Source: an uncultured Chloroflexia bacterium
GTDB taxonomy: Bacteria > Chloroflexota > Dehalococcoidia > DSTF01 > JACRBR01
NCBI GenBank assembly: GCA_963701135.1
Contig: OY969567.1
Location: 2,113,847-2,177,846, forward strand
Reading direction: 5' to 3'
Length of the DNA: 64,000 nucleotides
Notes under the pieces: model-generated
Told to the model about the DNA's origin: nothing
Seen by the model: the letters and a program-made list of their open reading frames with translations, nothing else
Databases searched by the model: none
Program-made: the position numbers and the translations under genes
In this document: piece after piece, positions 42,516-51,257 of the stretch
Layout: each line of letters begins with the position of its first letter
Numbering within the stretch: the stretch's first letter is position 1

Positions 42516-44738
42516 ATGGTTGCTTTCCGTTACAGCGAATGGGACGGCACGCAGGAGATCCCGCCACTCGACGCCGATGAGGTGCTCGAGGCATTGACGG
42601 ACGACCTGATGAACTTCGGCGACTTGCAGCACGCCATGCGCAACCTGCTCCAGCGCGGCATGCGGAATAACACGGGGGACCGCCTGCAGGGGCTGCGCGA
42701 CCTGCTCCAGCAGCTCCGTCAGCAGCGCCGCAACACGCTCGACCGCTACAACCTGTCGTCGGCTATGGACGACATCAAGAACCGCCTCGACGAGATCTTG
42801 CAGATGGAGCGCGGCACGATAGACCGCCGGCTCGATGAGGCGCTCGGCGGTCAGCAGGACGCGCAGGGCTCGCCGCCACCCGACGGCGGAGAGCCGCAGG
42901 CGGGCGAACAGCAAGGCCGGCCGCAATCCGGACAGCCGCAGGGCTCGCCGCAGTCCGGTCAGCAGCAGGCCGGCGCGCGGCCGGGCGCCGCGCAATCAGG
43001 CGGGCGGCAGCAGTCCGGCGATGCGGGCGCGCAGGGCGGCGCACAGGGGCCGGGGCAGCAGGGCGCGGGCGACCGCGACCAGTTCTCCGAGATGCTGAAG
43101 AACATCGCCAACCGCAAGAAGAACTTCCTCGACAACCTGCCGGACGACGTCGCAGGCTCGGTGAAGGAGCTGCAGAACTACGAGTTCATGAACCCGGAGG
43201 CGCAGCACAAGTTCACCGAGCTGATGGACATGCTGAAGAAGGCGATGACGGAGACCTTCTTCAAGGACATGTACGACCAGATCGCCAACATGTCGCCCGA
43301 AGACATGGCGCGCATGAAGCAGATGGTGAAGGACCTGAACCAGATGCTGAGCGACCGGCTGGCGGGCGGCGAGCCGGACTTCGAGAAGTTCATGCAGCAG
43401 TACGGCGACCTCTTCGGCCCGAACCCGCCGCAGTCGCTCGATGAGCTGGTCGAACGCATGCAGGGCCAGATCGCTCAGATGCAGAACCTGCTCGACAGCC
43501 TGCCGGGCGACATGCGGCAGCAGCTCCAGGACCTGCTGGCGGACAAGGTCGGCGACCCCGACCTGCAAGCCGAGCTATCGGAACTTCAGGCGAACCTGGA
43601 GTTCCTCTCGCCGATGCGCGACATGCGCAACCAGTACCCCTTCCGCGGCGACGAGGAGATCGACCTCAACGAGGCGATGGGTCTGATGGACCGCATGCAG
43701 TCGATGGACGAACTGGAGCGCCAGCTCGAGCGCACGCAGTACGGCGGCGACATCGACGATGTCGACGAGGAGAAGCTGCGAGAGCTGCTCGGCGACGAGG
43801 CGGCGGATACACTCGACCAGCTCAAGAAGTTCCTCGAGGTGCTGGAGGAGCAGGGGTACATCCGGCGCAAGGGCAACAACTACGAGCTGACGCCGCGCGG
43901 GACGCGCAAGATCGGCCAGAAGGCGCTCGGCGAGATCTACTCGCAGCTCAAGAACGACTCGTTTGGCAAGCACGCGCTGCGCGACAACGGCCAGGCCGGC
44001 GAGCGAGCCGACGACACGAAGAAGTACGAGTTCGGCGACCCGTTCCACCTGGCGCTCGACAAGACGATCATGAACTCGCTGCAGCGCGAGGGGGCGTCGC
44101 TGCCGGTGCGGCTCGACAAGGATGACTTCGAGGTGTATCGCTCGGAGCAGCTCACGCAGACCGCCACGGTGATGATGGTCGACCTGTCGTGGTCGATGGC
44201 GCTTCGCGGCTCATTCCAGGCGGCGAAGAAGGTGGCGCTCGCGCTCAACAACCTGATCCGCAGCCAGTTCAGCCGCGACAGCCTCTACATCATCGGCTTC
44301 TCGGCGTACGCGCGCGAGCTACAGGCGGAGCAGCTGCCGTACGTGCGGTGGGACGAGTCCGTCCTCGGCACGAACATGCACCACGCGCTGATGCTCGCAC
44401 AGAACCTGCTGGCGAAGCACAAGAGCGGCACGCGGCAGATCATCATGATCTCCGATGGCGAGCCGACGGCGCACCTGGAGCGCGGGCGGTCGTACTTCGC
44501 CTATCCGCCGAGCCCGATCACGATCCGCGAGACGTTGAAGGAAGTGAAGCGGGCGACGCGGAAGGGCATCATCATCAACACGTTCATGCTGGACCGCAAC
44601 TACTACCTCAAGGAGTTCGTCAACCAGGTCGCAAAGATCAACAAGGGCCGCGTTTTCTACACGACGCCAGACAAGCTGGGCCAGTACATTCTCGTCGACT
44701 ACGTGCAGAACAAGCGCAAGACCGTCAAAGGCCAGTAA
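42516..44738 (+). CDS. vWA-domain protein (ChlD-like C-terminal module) with Q/G/P-rich linker
   Basis: Intact 740-aa ORF. It has a low-complexity linker (QGSPPPDGGEPQAGEQQGRPQSGQPQGSPQSGQQQ..). The C-terminal vWA has a MIDAS-like ..VMMVDLSWSM.. and ..IIMISDGEPTA... Confidence 0.8.
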   Translation: MVAFRYSEWDGTQEIPPLDADEVLEALTDDLMNFGDLQHAMRNLLQRGMRNNTGDRLQGLRDLLQQLRQQRRNTLDRYNLSSAMDDIKNRLDEILQMERGTIDRRLDEALGGQQDAQGSPPPDGGEPQAGEQQGRPQSGQPQGSPQSGQQQAGARPGAAQSGGRQQSGDAGAQGGAQGPGQQGAGDRDQFSEMLKNIANRKKNFLDNLPDDVAGSVKELQNYEFMNPEAQHKFTELMDMLKKAMTETFFKDMYDQIANMSPEDMARMKQMVKDLNQMLSDRLAGGEPDFEKFMQQYGDLFGPNPPQSLDELVERMQGQIAQMQNLLDSLPGDMRQQLQDLLADKVGDPDLQAELSELQANLEFLSPMRDMRNQYPFRGDEEIDLNEAMGLMDRMQSMDELERQLERTQYGGDIDDVDEEKLRELLGDEAADTLDQLKKFLEVLEEQGYIRRKGNNYELTPRGTRKIGQKALGEIYSQLKNDSFGKHALRDNGQAGERADDTKKYEFGDPFHLALDKTIMNSLQREGASLPVRLDKDDFEVYRSEQLTQTATVMMVDLSWSMALRGSFQAAKKVALALNNLIRSQFSRDSLYIIGFSAYARELQAEQLPYVRWDESVLGTNMHHALMLAQNLLAKHKSGTRQIIMISDGEPTAHLERGRSYFAYPPSPITIRETLKEVKRATRKGIIINTFMLDRNYYLKEFVNQVAKINKGRVFYTTPDKLGQYILVDYVQNKRKTVKGQ

Positions 44739-44864
44739 GGACAGCAACTGACTACCTGCCCGCGTCCTCCACACACCACACCGAACCCCATCGGTCGCCT
44801 CGCCGGAACTCCGGCGTCATTCGCGTAGCGCGCCCGCAAGCCGCGCTACGCATGGAGTCAACCT

Positions 44865-45872
44865 TTGTCGAAGCTCAACAAGGCGTCGAGTTTTCCGTTC
44901 ACAGGAGGACAAGCGGCGCTCCCGCCGTCCGGCCATCGCACGATCCCGAGCCGCGACGACATCGTCGCGTTCTACCGCACGCATGAGCGCGTAAGCTGGA
45001 GCCTGACGGAGTTTCTCGCGATCCCGTGGCAGGACATCCAGCTCGACCAGCTCACGCCGGCCGACGTGCACGTCGTCGAGACGACGATGCTGGTCGAAAG
45101 CAACAGTCCCGACTACGTGGCGAATCTCATCGAATACTTCAAGGCCGACCAGGACGTCTGCGACTTCATCATGATGTGGGGGATGGAGGAGTGGAAGCAC
45201 TACTACGCGTTGCGCGATTACCTTACGAAGGTACGCGTGGCGATCGCGGCGGCGAAGTCGAACGCGTATGGAGCCGACGAGCAGGCACGGCTGGACCAGA
45301 TGGAGTCGTCGATCCGGGATGCGCTTACCGATGATGTGGGCGCTGTCCGGGAGGCGAGCAACGAGAACTGGGGCATCCCGGCGCACTTCGTGCCCGCGCA
45401 GCTCGTCGCAAACACCACGGTGCAGGAGTTCATCACGGCGGACTTCTATCGGAACCACGCCAGCCACACCAAGGAGCCGACGCTCGCGCGGCTTGAGATA
45501 CTCCTCGCGAAAGACGAGGTGCGTCACGAGATGTTCTACGAGAAGCGCCTGGGCGATTGCCTGGACGCGGACCCATCGCTCATGCCGCTGGTGATCGCCG
45601 CGCTCAAGGAGTTCGGGATGCCCGGCGCTTACCTCCTCGACGACTACGGCGACCGGCGCGCGGCGATGGAGAACGCGGCGTTCCCAACGCTCGCCGACAA
45701 GAAGGGCGCCTTCACGCGGCTATTCGCGAAGATGACGCGCCTCGTCGGCCACGACAACGCCATGCGCGTGTTCACCGAGGGCAACTACTTGTCCGACGGC
45801 GTGGACGACCCGTCGAAGAAGAAGATGAAGCCGGAGATGATCACGCGGCTGCTGACGCGCCGCCTGGGGTGA
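44865..45872 (+). CDS. ferritin-like di-iron protein, acyl-ACP desaturase family-like; start uncertain
   Basis: Intact 335-aa ORF with two E..H di-iron motifs (..MWGMEEWKHYYAL.. and ..LAKDEVRHEMFY..). Confidence 0.55.
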   Translation: MSKLNKASSFPFTGGQAALPPSGHRTIPSRDDIVAFYRTHERVSWSLTEFLAIPWQDIQLDQLTPADVHVVETTMLVESNSPDYVANLIEYFKADQDVCDFIMMWGMEEWKHYYALRDYLTKVRVAIAAAKSNAYGADEQARLDQMESSIRDALTDDVGAVREASNENWGIPAHFVPAQLVANTTVQEFITADFYRNHASHTKEPTLARLEILLAKDEVRHEMFYEKRLGDCLDADPSLMPLVIAALKEFGMPGAYLLDDYGDRRAAMENAAFPTLADKKGAFTRLFAKMTRLVGHDNAMRVFTEGNYLSDGVDDPSKKKMKPEMITRLLTRRLG

Positions 45873-46181
45873 TGATCGAACGGCGTACAGCCGCCGTTAA
45901 TGTGCGGACCGAAGGGGCCTTTCGCGGGATCGATGAGCACGCCGACGGCCCACTCGTAGCCGTCCGGGTCACGCACGCACACTTCACGCCAGCCGTGGCC
46001 CTTGTCAACGACCGGCACCGAGACCGTCGCGCCGGCGGCCAGCGCGCGCCGCTGCGTCTCGTCGGGGTCGATGCCGAGGATACGGAACTGCGCGCCGATG
46101 CCGCGCGCGGCCCCCGACGTCAGTGCGGCGTACCAGCTATACCGCTGAGAGATTGAGATTGCGGACGGGTACGACCGTCAT
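45785..46181 (-). pseudogene. VOC (glyoxalase/bleomycin-resistance) family protein, frameshifted; 3-prime end uncertain
   Basis: MTVVPVRNLNLS.. (ATG 46181) shifts frame into ..WYAALTSGAARGIGAQFRILGIDPDETQRRALAAGATVSVPVVDKGHGWREVCVRDPDGYEWAVG... The ORF tail overlaps the convergent desaturase-like gene. Confidence 0.4.
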
Positions 46182-46244
46182 AGCCCATCGCCGTATTCGC
46201 GGGTCGCGGAATTCCGGCGGCAGAGCGCGAGAGCGCATTGCCCT

Positions 46245-46808
46245 CTAGCCGGTCACCGCATAGGCGTCGGCAGCGAGGGATTCGTCGACCGGCGCGCCAC
46301 ACTTGGCCAATGCCACCGCGATCTGCGCAAGAGCTTGAACAGGCCAGCCGCCATCGCGATACATGATGTTGATGCCCAGATGGATCTGGACGCGTGTGGA
46401 TTCAACGACGAGGTACGGGCGCTCGCGACCGAACCACGACACCTCATCCTGTCGATAGACACCTGTGATGTCTTGAATTGCGATGTACTGGCGTGTGAGG
46501 CCCGCCCAGTTCACGCGCAAAATGCCACGACAGTCGACGTGGACGTAGTTTCCCCACGTCTCAGTCATGCCCGTAATGAGTGTCGTCGCAAGCAGCGGCA
46601 CCGCAGCCACCAGGGGTAAGCGGTCCTCTGGGTCGAACAGCAGCGTGAAGAGCATCGCTCCGAATGCGAAGAGGAAGATCACGCCAAGCATGCGTGCCGG
46701 ACGGAGCGTGATGCCGCGACCGTGATGATGATGGCTCAAGATAGGCAGGATCATGCCACGGCGAGGGCAGCGGCATCGCCCGCTTCGACCCGCGCACCGC
46801 AGAGACAC
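46245..46808 (-). CDS. hypothetical membrane protein
   Basis: 187-aa ORF with two TM helices (LGVIFLFAFGAMLFTLLF, LVAAVPLLATTLITGM) followed by a soluble domain. I recognise no family, and the start is uncertain. Confidence 0.35.
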   Translation of the reverse strand: MSLRCAGRSGRCRCPRRGMILPILSHHHHGRGITLRPARMLGVIFLFAFGAMLFTLLFDPEDRLPLVAAVPLLATTLITGMTETWGNYVHVDCRGILRVNWAGLTRQYIAIQDITGVYRQDEVSWFGRERPYLVVESTRVQIHLGINIMYRDGGWPVQALAQIAVALAKCGAPVDESLAADAYAVTG

Positions 46809-46829
46809 ACTACCAGCGGCATGTGCGGG

Positions 46830-47506
46830 CTAACTCCCGCCGCCGGCGGACGCGAGCGCTGCCTCGGCCGCGGCGGGCGCCTCGGCGCGGTGCGGCGGCA
46901 TGCCGGCGAGGGCGCGCATGGCGTTCTCCAGCAGCGTCGTGCCTTCGGACACCGACGTCACGCCTTCGAGCGAGACGGGCGGGCCGATGCGGGCGCTGAC
47001 CGCCGCGGGCCGCGGTTCGCGCTGCCCCTTGGGCATGACGTTGCGCAGGCCCTCGATGTAGATCGGGATCACCGGCGCCTTCGACTGCATCGCCATGATC
47101 GTCGGGCCGGCCTTGAACTTCTGCACCTGCGCCCTTCGACCGGCCGCCTTCCGGGTAGATCAGGATCGACCAGCCGCGCCGTAGCAGCGACATCGGGATA
47201 GTCGAGATGCTTCGTGCCGCCGCCGCGGTGCACAGGGAAGGTGTTGAGGAACAGCGAGTACCACCAGGTGCGCTTCCGCCGGTGCGCGTAGAACTTGTCG
47301 GCCGCCGCGGCGATCGCGATCTTGCCCCGGATGCGCTCCGGCAGCGCCGACAGCACGACGGGCGTATCGAAGTGCGAGCTGTGGTTGGCGATGACGATCG
47401 CGCCGCCGCGGAACGCGCGCAGGTTCTCGGCGCCCTCGACCGTGAACGGCCGGCAGTACCGTTTGACGTAACGGTCGATCACCCACGGGCGGCCGGCGCG
47501 GCGCAC
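46830..47506 (-). CDS. plsC: 1-acyl-sn-glycerol-3-phosphate acyltransferase family, frameshifted as assembled
   Basis: The HX4D motif is ..IVIANHSSHFDTPVV... Then ..ILIYPEGGRS.. and ..APVIPIYIEG.. appear in two other frames. Confidence 0.7.
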
Positions 47507-47546
47507 GGCGCGCGCCCAGATGCCCGTCTGCCAGCGATGCGGCTCG

Positions 47547-47846
47547 GTGCGATACGGCTGCGATCTTCAGCAGCTTCTGGAAGCGCTCGATCTCGACGGC
47601 CGGGAACGTCTGCATGGTAAGCGTGCCCAGGCTGGCGATCTCGGCCCCGATGCGGGCAATCGCGACGTTGTCCGCCGCCTCGATGAACGTCACGAAGTCG
47701 TACTCGCCGAGCACGGCGTACTGGTCGACGATCTTGCCGCCGAGGCTCTTCACCTGCGCGTTGATCTCGGCCAGCCGGTCAGGGTTCTGGTCGATGATCT
47801 TGCGCGCGGCCGGGCGCAGCTTCGTGAAGACGACGTACGTCGACAT
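47547..47846 (-). CDS. GYD-domain protein (3-prime end approximate; stop apparently lost as assembled)
   Basis: MSTYVVFTKLRPAARKIIDQNPDRLAEINAQVKSLGGKIVDQYAVLGEYDFVTFIEAADNVAIARIGAEIASLGTLTMQTFPAVEIERFQKLL. The ORF reads on to 47160 without a stop. Confidence 0.5.
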
Positions 47847-47851
47847 GAGCG

Positions 47852-48152
47852 TCAACTACCCTCGCGGCCCTTGAGCATCTTCGTGAACTCATCGACCGGG
47901 ATGGCAGCCATGCGTCGTGAGTTGAACCGTACCGCGGGAGCCCAATTCGACGGAGATGCGGGCGACGGTCTCGTTGTCCGGCGCCTCCATGATGTTCACG
48001 AAGTCGTAGCCACCGAGGACGGCGTACTGATGCGTGACGCGCGCGCCCATGGCCTCGATCTCGCGGTTGACCTCTTGAAGCCGCTCGGGCCGTTCCTTCA
48101 GCGTCTTGCGGCCCTCATCGGTCAGGGTGCTGAGCATGATGTAGGTTGCCAC
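47852..48152 (-). CDS. GYD-domain protein, 1-nt frameshift near 47925
   Basis: MATYIMLSTLTDEGRKTLKERPERLQEVNREIEAMGARVTHQYAVLGGYDFVNIMEAPDNETVARISVELGSRGTVQLTT. After the shift it reads ..MAAIPVDEFTKMLKGREGS-stop. Confidence 0.6.
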
Positions 48153-48273
48153 GGTGCGGCCTCCTTTGCGTCCGGCTGGAAGACGATTGTACTCCAGCGT
48201 GTCAAGGAAGCGCAGTACCGCCTTCGAGCGTGATCGTCGGCGATTGGAGGTCGAGGCGCGAGGGCGGCATCAC

Positions 48274-48300
48274 GCGGGCTAGAAAGCCCGCGCCACGGGA
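48274..48300 (+). repeat. third copy of the REP-like hairpin element (GCGGGCTAGAAAGCCCGCGCCACGGGA)
   Basis: Same sequence family and same orientation as 6650-6718. It lies 9 nt 3-prime of the HD-GYP gene stop. Confidence 0.55.
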
Positions 48301-48308
48301 ATCGAGTC

Positions 48309-49658
48309 TTAGATCAGCGTGCAGAACAGGCGCGTGAGCTCCGGGTCGAGCTGCGTGCCGGCTGCGCCGAGCAGGATCTGGCGAGCGTCTTTCCTCGCCA
48401 CGGCGTTCCGGTGCGGACGGTCCACCGTCAGCGCCGCGAACACGTCGGCGACGGAGAGGATGCGCGACTCCAGCGGGATGTCGTCGCCGCTGAGCATCTC
48501 CGGGTAGCCCTTGCCGTCCGGCCGCTCGTGGTGGCGCGCGATCCAGATGGCGATCTCCTCGAAGCCGTTCAGCTCCTGCAGCACCATCTCCGAGCTGCCC
48601 GGGTGCTGCCGCATGAGCTGCATCTCGGTCACCGAGAGGATGTCCGGCTTGGTCATGACGCGCGCGGGCACGCCGAGCACGCCGATGTCCTGGAGCAACG
48701 CGGCGATGCGGATCATCTCGACGTGGCCGGCATCGAGGCCGACGGCGACGGCGAGCTGTTCGGCGAAGTCGGCTGTGCGGCGCGAGTGGCCGCCGTTGTG
48801 GCCGCCCTTCGCGTCGCCGAGGTCAGCGAGCACTTCGGCGAAGCGCATGACCCGCTTGCGGCTCCGGCGCGTGTCGATGGGTCCGCGCATGGCGTTGAGC
48901 GTCTCGGCCAGGTCCTCCGAATACAGCCCGAGCCAGAACTCGTCGGACTTCGCCACCTCGAGGAGGCGCGCGACGATCTGCGGGTCGAGCTGCCTGCCGG
49001 CGTACTGGCCGATGGACGAGACGAAGTGGCGCCGCGCGGACAGCGAGCTCGGCTGCTCCGCGATCAGCACCTCGGCGACGTCGGCCGCGGCGAGGATGCG
49101 CGCCTCGAGCGGGATATCGCCTGAGCGCAGGCCGTCCGGGTAGCCGCCGCCGTCCCAGTCTTCGTGGTGGCGCGCGACCGCCGTCGCGGCCTCATCCGGA
49201 AGCTCGAGCAGGCGGACGGCTTCGGCGCCGAGGGGACAGTGCTGGTAGATGGCATCGAGCACGGCGCCGCGGTCGGCGAATCCGAACTCGGGGCGCTGCG
49301 GGTCGATCGGCCGCGCGGGAAGCGGGGCGAAGATCGCGTCTTCATCGACGCCGGCGACGCGGCAGAGGTCGGAAGCCGACAGCGTGACGCCGATATCGTG
49401 CATCAGCGCGCCGAAGAAGACGCCGGCGCGCGCGGGCGCCTCGAGTTCGAGCGCGTCGGCAAGCATGGTGGCGATGTAGCAGACGCGCTTGGCGTGCCCG
49501 ATCGGCTTGCCTTCGGCAAGGTCGAGCGCCTGGCTGAACGCGATGCCCAGGTCGGAGGCGGTGAGCGCGTGCAGTCGCTCGGGCCGTCGCGACATGGGCT
49601 TGGCGAGGTCTTCGAGCGTCAGGATAGGGCGGCGCGGCGGGAGATTCTCAGTGACCAC
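48309..49658 (-). CDS. tandem HD-GYP domain protein (putative c-di-GMP phosphodiesterase)
   Basis: Intact 449-aa ORF with two HD-GYP modules: ..HHEDWDGGGYPDGL..IPLEARILAAADV.. and ..HHERPDGKGYPEML..IPLESRILSVADVFAALT... Confidence 0.85.
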   Translation of the reverse strand: MVTENLPPRRPILTLEDLAKPMSRRPERLHALTASDLGIAFSQALDLAEGKPIGHAKRVCYIATMLADALELEAPARAGVFFGALMHDIGVTLSASDLCRVAGVDEDAIFAPLPARPIDPQRPEFGFADRGAVLDAIYQHCPLGAEAVRLLELPDEAATAVARHHEDWDGGGYPDGLRSGDIPLEARILAAADVAEVLIAEQPSSLSARRHFVSSIGQYAGRQLDPQIVARLLEVAKSDEFWLGLYSEDLAETLNAMRGPIDTRRSRKRVMRFAEVLADLGDAKGGHNGGHSRRTADFAEQLAVAVGLDAGHVEMIRIAALLQDIGVLGVPARVMTKPDILSVTEMQLMRQHPGSSEMVLQELNGFEEIAIWIARHHERPDGKGYPEMLSGDDIPLESRILSVADVFAALTVDRPHRNAVARKDARQILLGAAGTQLDPELTRLFCTLI

Positions 49659-49830
49659 AGACGCTCCGAATCGAGTTAGTTGCCCGTTGAGGCTGTCTGT
49701 GGGGATTATCGGCAGGGATAACCCTAGCTTTTCAGGTGCAACCCCCCATGGGGGGCCGCGTCAAGCTGGGGCTGCCCAGTCAGAGCGATACTCGAAATCG
49801 GTGAGGCGGCGGGACGGAAGACAAAACGAA

Positions 49831-49857
49831 GCGAGGGCGCCGAATGGGCGCCCTCGC
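49831..49857 (-). terminator. intrinsic terminator after secreted-protein paralogue A
   Basis: The minus strand reads gcgagggcgcc-catt-cggcgccctcgc followed by ttcgttttgtctt. Confidence 0.55.
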
Positions 49858-49880
49858 TCAATGTTCCGGCGGTCCGGCGG

Positions 49881-50348
49881 TTACGCGCGGCGGCGCGCGC
49901 CGATCAGAACGGAGCCACTGCCAAGGGTGAGGAGCAGAAGCCCGGCGACCAGGAATGACAGCTCGATGCCGCTGCCGCCGGCCATGGCGCCCGTGCCCGT
50001 GTTCGGCGGGATGACTTCCTGTCCTCCGGCGCCGCCGCCGGGACTCGTGGCCGTGGCGGCCGGCTGCGTGGCGGCGGGCGTGACCGGCACCTGGGTCGAG
50101 GTCGCGGCCTCCGTCGGCGTCGTGGTGGGCGTGTGCGTCTTGAGCTTCACCGCCGTGCACGTCGGGATGGGCGTATCGGTAGCGATCACCGTGCCGTTGC
50201 CGAAGCTATCGATGCCGACTGGCGTGGAGCCACACGGAACCTGGTTGACGGCGGCGGCGCGTGGTGCGCCGCTGAAGGCCATCCCGAGCATCAACGTGCC
50301 TATCACGAGTGCCGCCACGCCGGGCAGCATGAGTCTGCTGGTTTTCAC
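49881..50348 (-). CDS. secreted Thr/Pro-rich protein with LPXTG-like C-terminal sorting signal (paralogue A)
   Basis: A GTG start lies 7 nt after AGGAGG. It has a signal peptide ..LPGVAALVIGTLMLGMAFSGAPRAAA, two Cys, ..[15 protein letters not shown].. and the C-terminus PPNTGTG + TM + ARRRA. Confidence 0.6.
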   Translation of the reverse strand: MKTSRLMLPGVAALVIGTLMLGMAFSGAPRAAAVNQVPCGSTPVGIDSFGNGTVIATDTPIPTCTAVKLKTHTPTTTPTEAATSTQVPVTPAATQPAATATSPGGGAGGQEVIPPNTGTGAMAGGSGIELSFLVAGLLLLTLGSGSVLIGARRRA

Positions 50349-50400
50349 GGGATCTCCTCCTGAGTGTGGGTTGCTCCTGCTTCTCTGCGAGAGTAGTGGA

Positions 50401-50435
50401 TAGCGATCACTCATTTCAACAATAATGGGTCAACC
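50401..50435 (-). promoter_or_regulatory. conserved upstream motif shared by paralogues A and B (contains TTGACC)
   Basis: The minus strand reads GGTTGACCCATTATTGTTGA-aatga-GTGATCGCTA, 53-87 nt upstream of the start. A near-identical block lies at 51066-51100. Confidence 0.3.
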
Positions 50436-50527
50436 AGAATTGCCGAATTAGCTTCTCCGATTACGCGACGAGGAGCGGGCAGCCGCTGCTGCCTGCTCCT
50501 CGATCGTATGTCGAGTGTTCGAAGCGC

Positions 50528-51016
50528 CTAGCGCGCCCGGCGTGCGGCCGCCGACGCAACCGTCCCGCCACCGGCGATCGCGAGCGTCAGTCCCGCCACC
50601 AGCAGCCACACATCGACGCCGCTGCGTGTGGCCGTAGCCGCACCGGTACCCGTGCTCGGCGGGCGTACGCCCCCGCCCTCGGAGCCGCCGGCCGGGTTCG
50701 TCGCCGTCGGGGGGGCCGGTTGCGTCGGCGCGGGCGTCACCGGCACCGCCGTCTGAGTCGCTGCCTCGGTCGGCGTGGTTGTGGGCGTGTGGGTCTTCAG
50801 CCGCACGGGCGTGCACGTCGGCACCGGCGTCTCCGACGGCGCCGGCTGAAGGTTCCCGATCACGCCGATTTGGTCCGGCGTGGCCGTGGCCGTCGCGTCG
50901 CACGGCACCTGCTGATTGCCCGCCGCGGCTCTCCCGGGCAAGGAAAGTGCGAGCCCTAGCATCGCCAATCCAGCGATCAGCGCGGTCGTGCCTGAAAGCA
51001 TCGTCTTGCGTGACAT
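50528..51016 (-). CDS. secreted Thr/Pro-rich protein with LPXTG-like C-terminal sorting signal (paralogue B)
   Basis: The ATG follows AGGAGG. It has the signal peptide [32 protein letters not shown], ..[15 protein letters not shown].. and the C-terminus PPSTGTG + TM + ARRAR. Confidence 0.6.
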   Translation of the reverse strand: MSRKTMLSGTTALIAGLAMLGLALSLPGRAAAGNQQVPCDATATATPDQIGVIGNLQPAPSETPVPTCTPVRLKTHTPTTTPTEAATQTAVPVTPAPTQPAPPTATNPAGGSEGGGVRPPSTGTGAATATRSGVDVWLLVAGLTLAIAGGGTVASAAARRAR

Positions 51017-51065
51017 TGCGATTCTCCTCCTGAGCATTTCTTCCGAGTCGGCCGGAGGATACCTG

Positions 51066-51100
51066 TATCGATCACCGGAATCAACAATAATTGGTCAACC
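51066..51100 (-). promoter_or_regulatory. conserved upstream motif, copy B
   Basis: The minus strand reads GGTTGACCAATTATTGTTGA-ttccg-GTGATCGATA, 50-84 nt upstream of ATG 51016. Confidence 0.3.
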
Positions 51101-51206
51101 CGAGCGGTCATTAAGGCATCTCGTGTTTTCCCAGAGGAATCTCTTCTGGAGGCAGCGCTTGCGCCGTTCCTGAGGTGCGAGCAGCAGCGACCGGAGAAAA
51201 GCGGAA

Positions 51207-51230
51207 GGAGAGGACCGTTCGGTCCTCTCC
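51207..51230 (-). terminator. intrinsic terminator after the large repeat protein gene
   Basis: The minus strand reads ggagaggacc-gaac-ggtcctctcc followed by ttccgcttttctcc. Confidence 0.55.
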
Positions 51231-51257
51231 TGTGCGTGACCAGCGTGACACCCGCGG

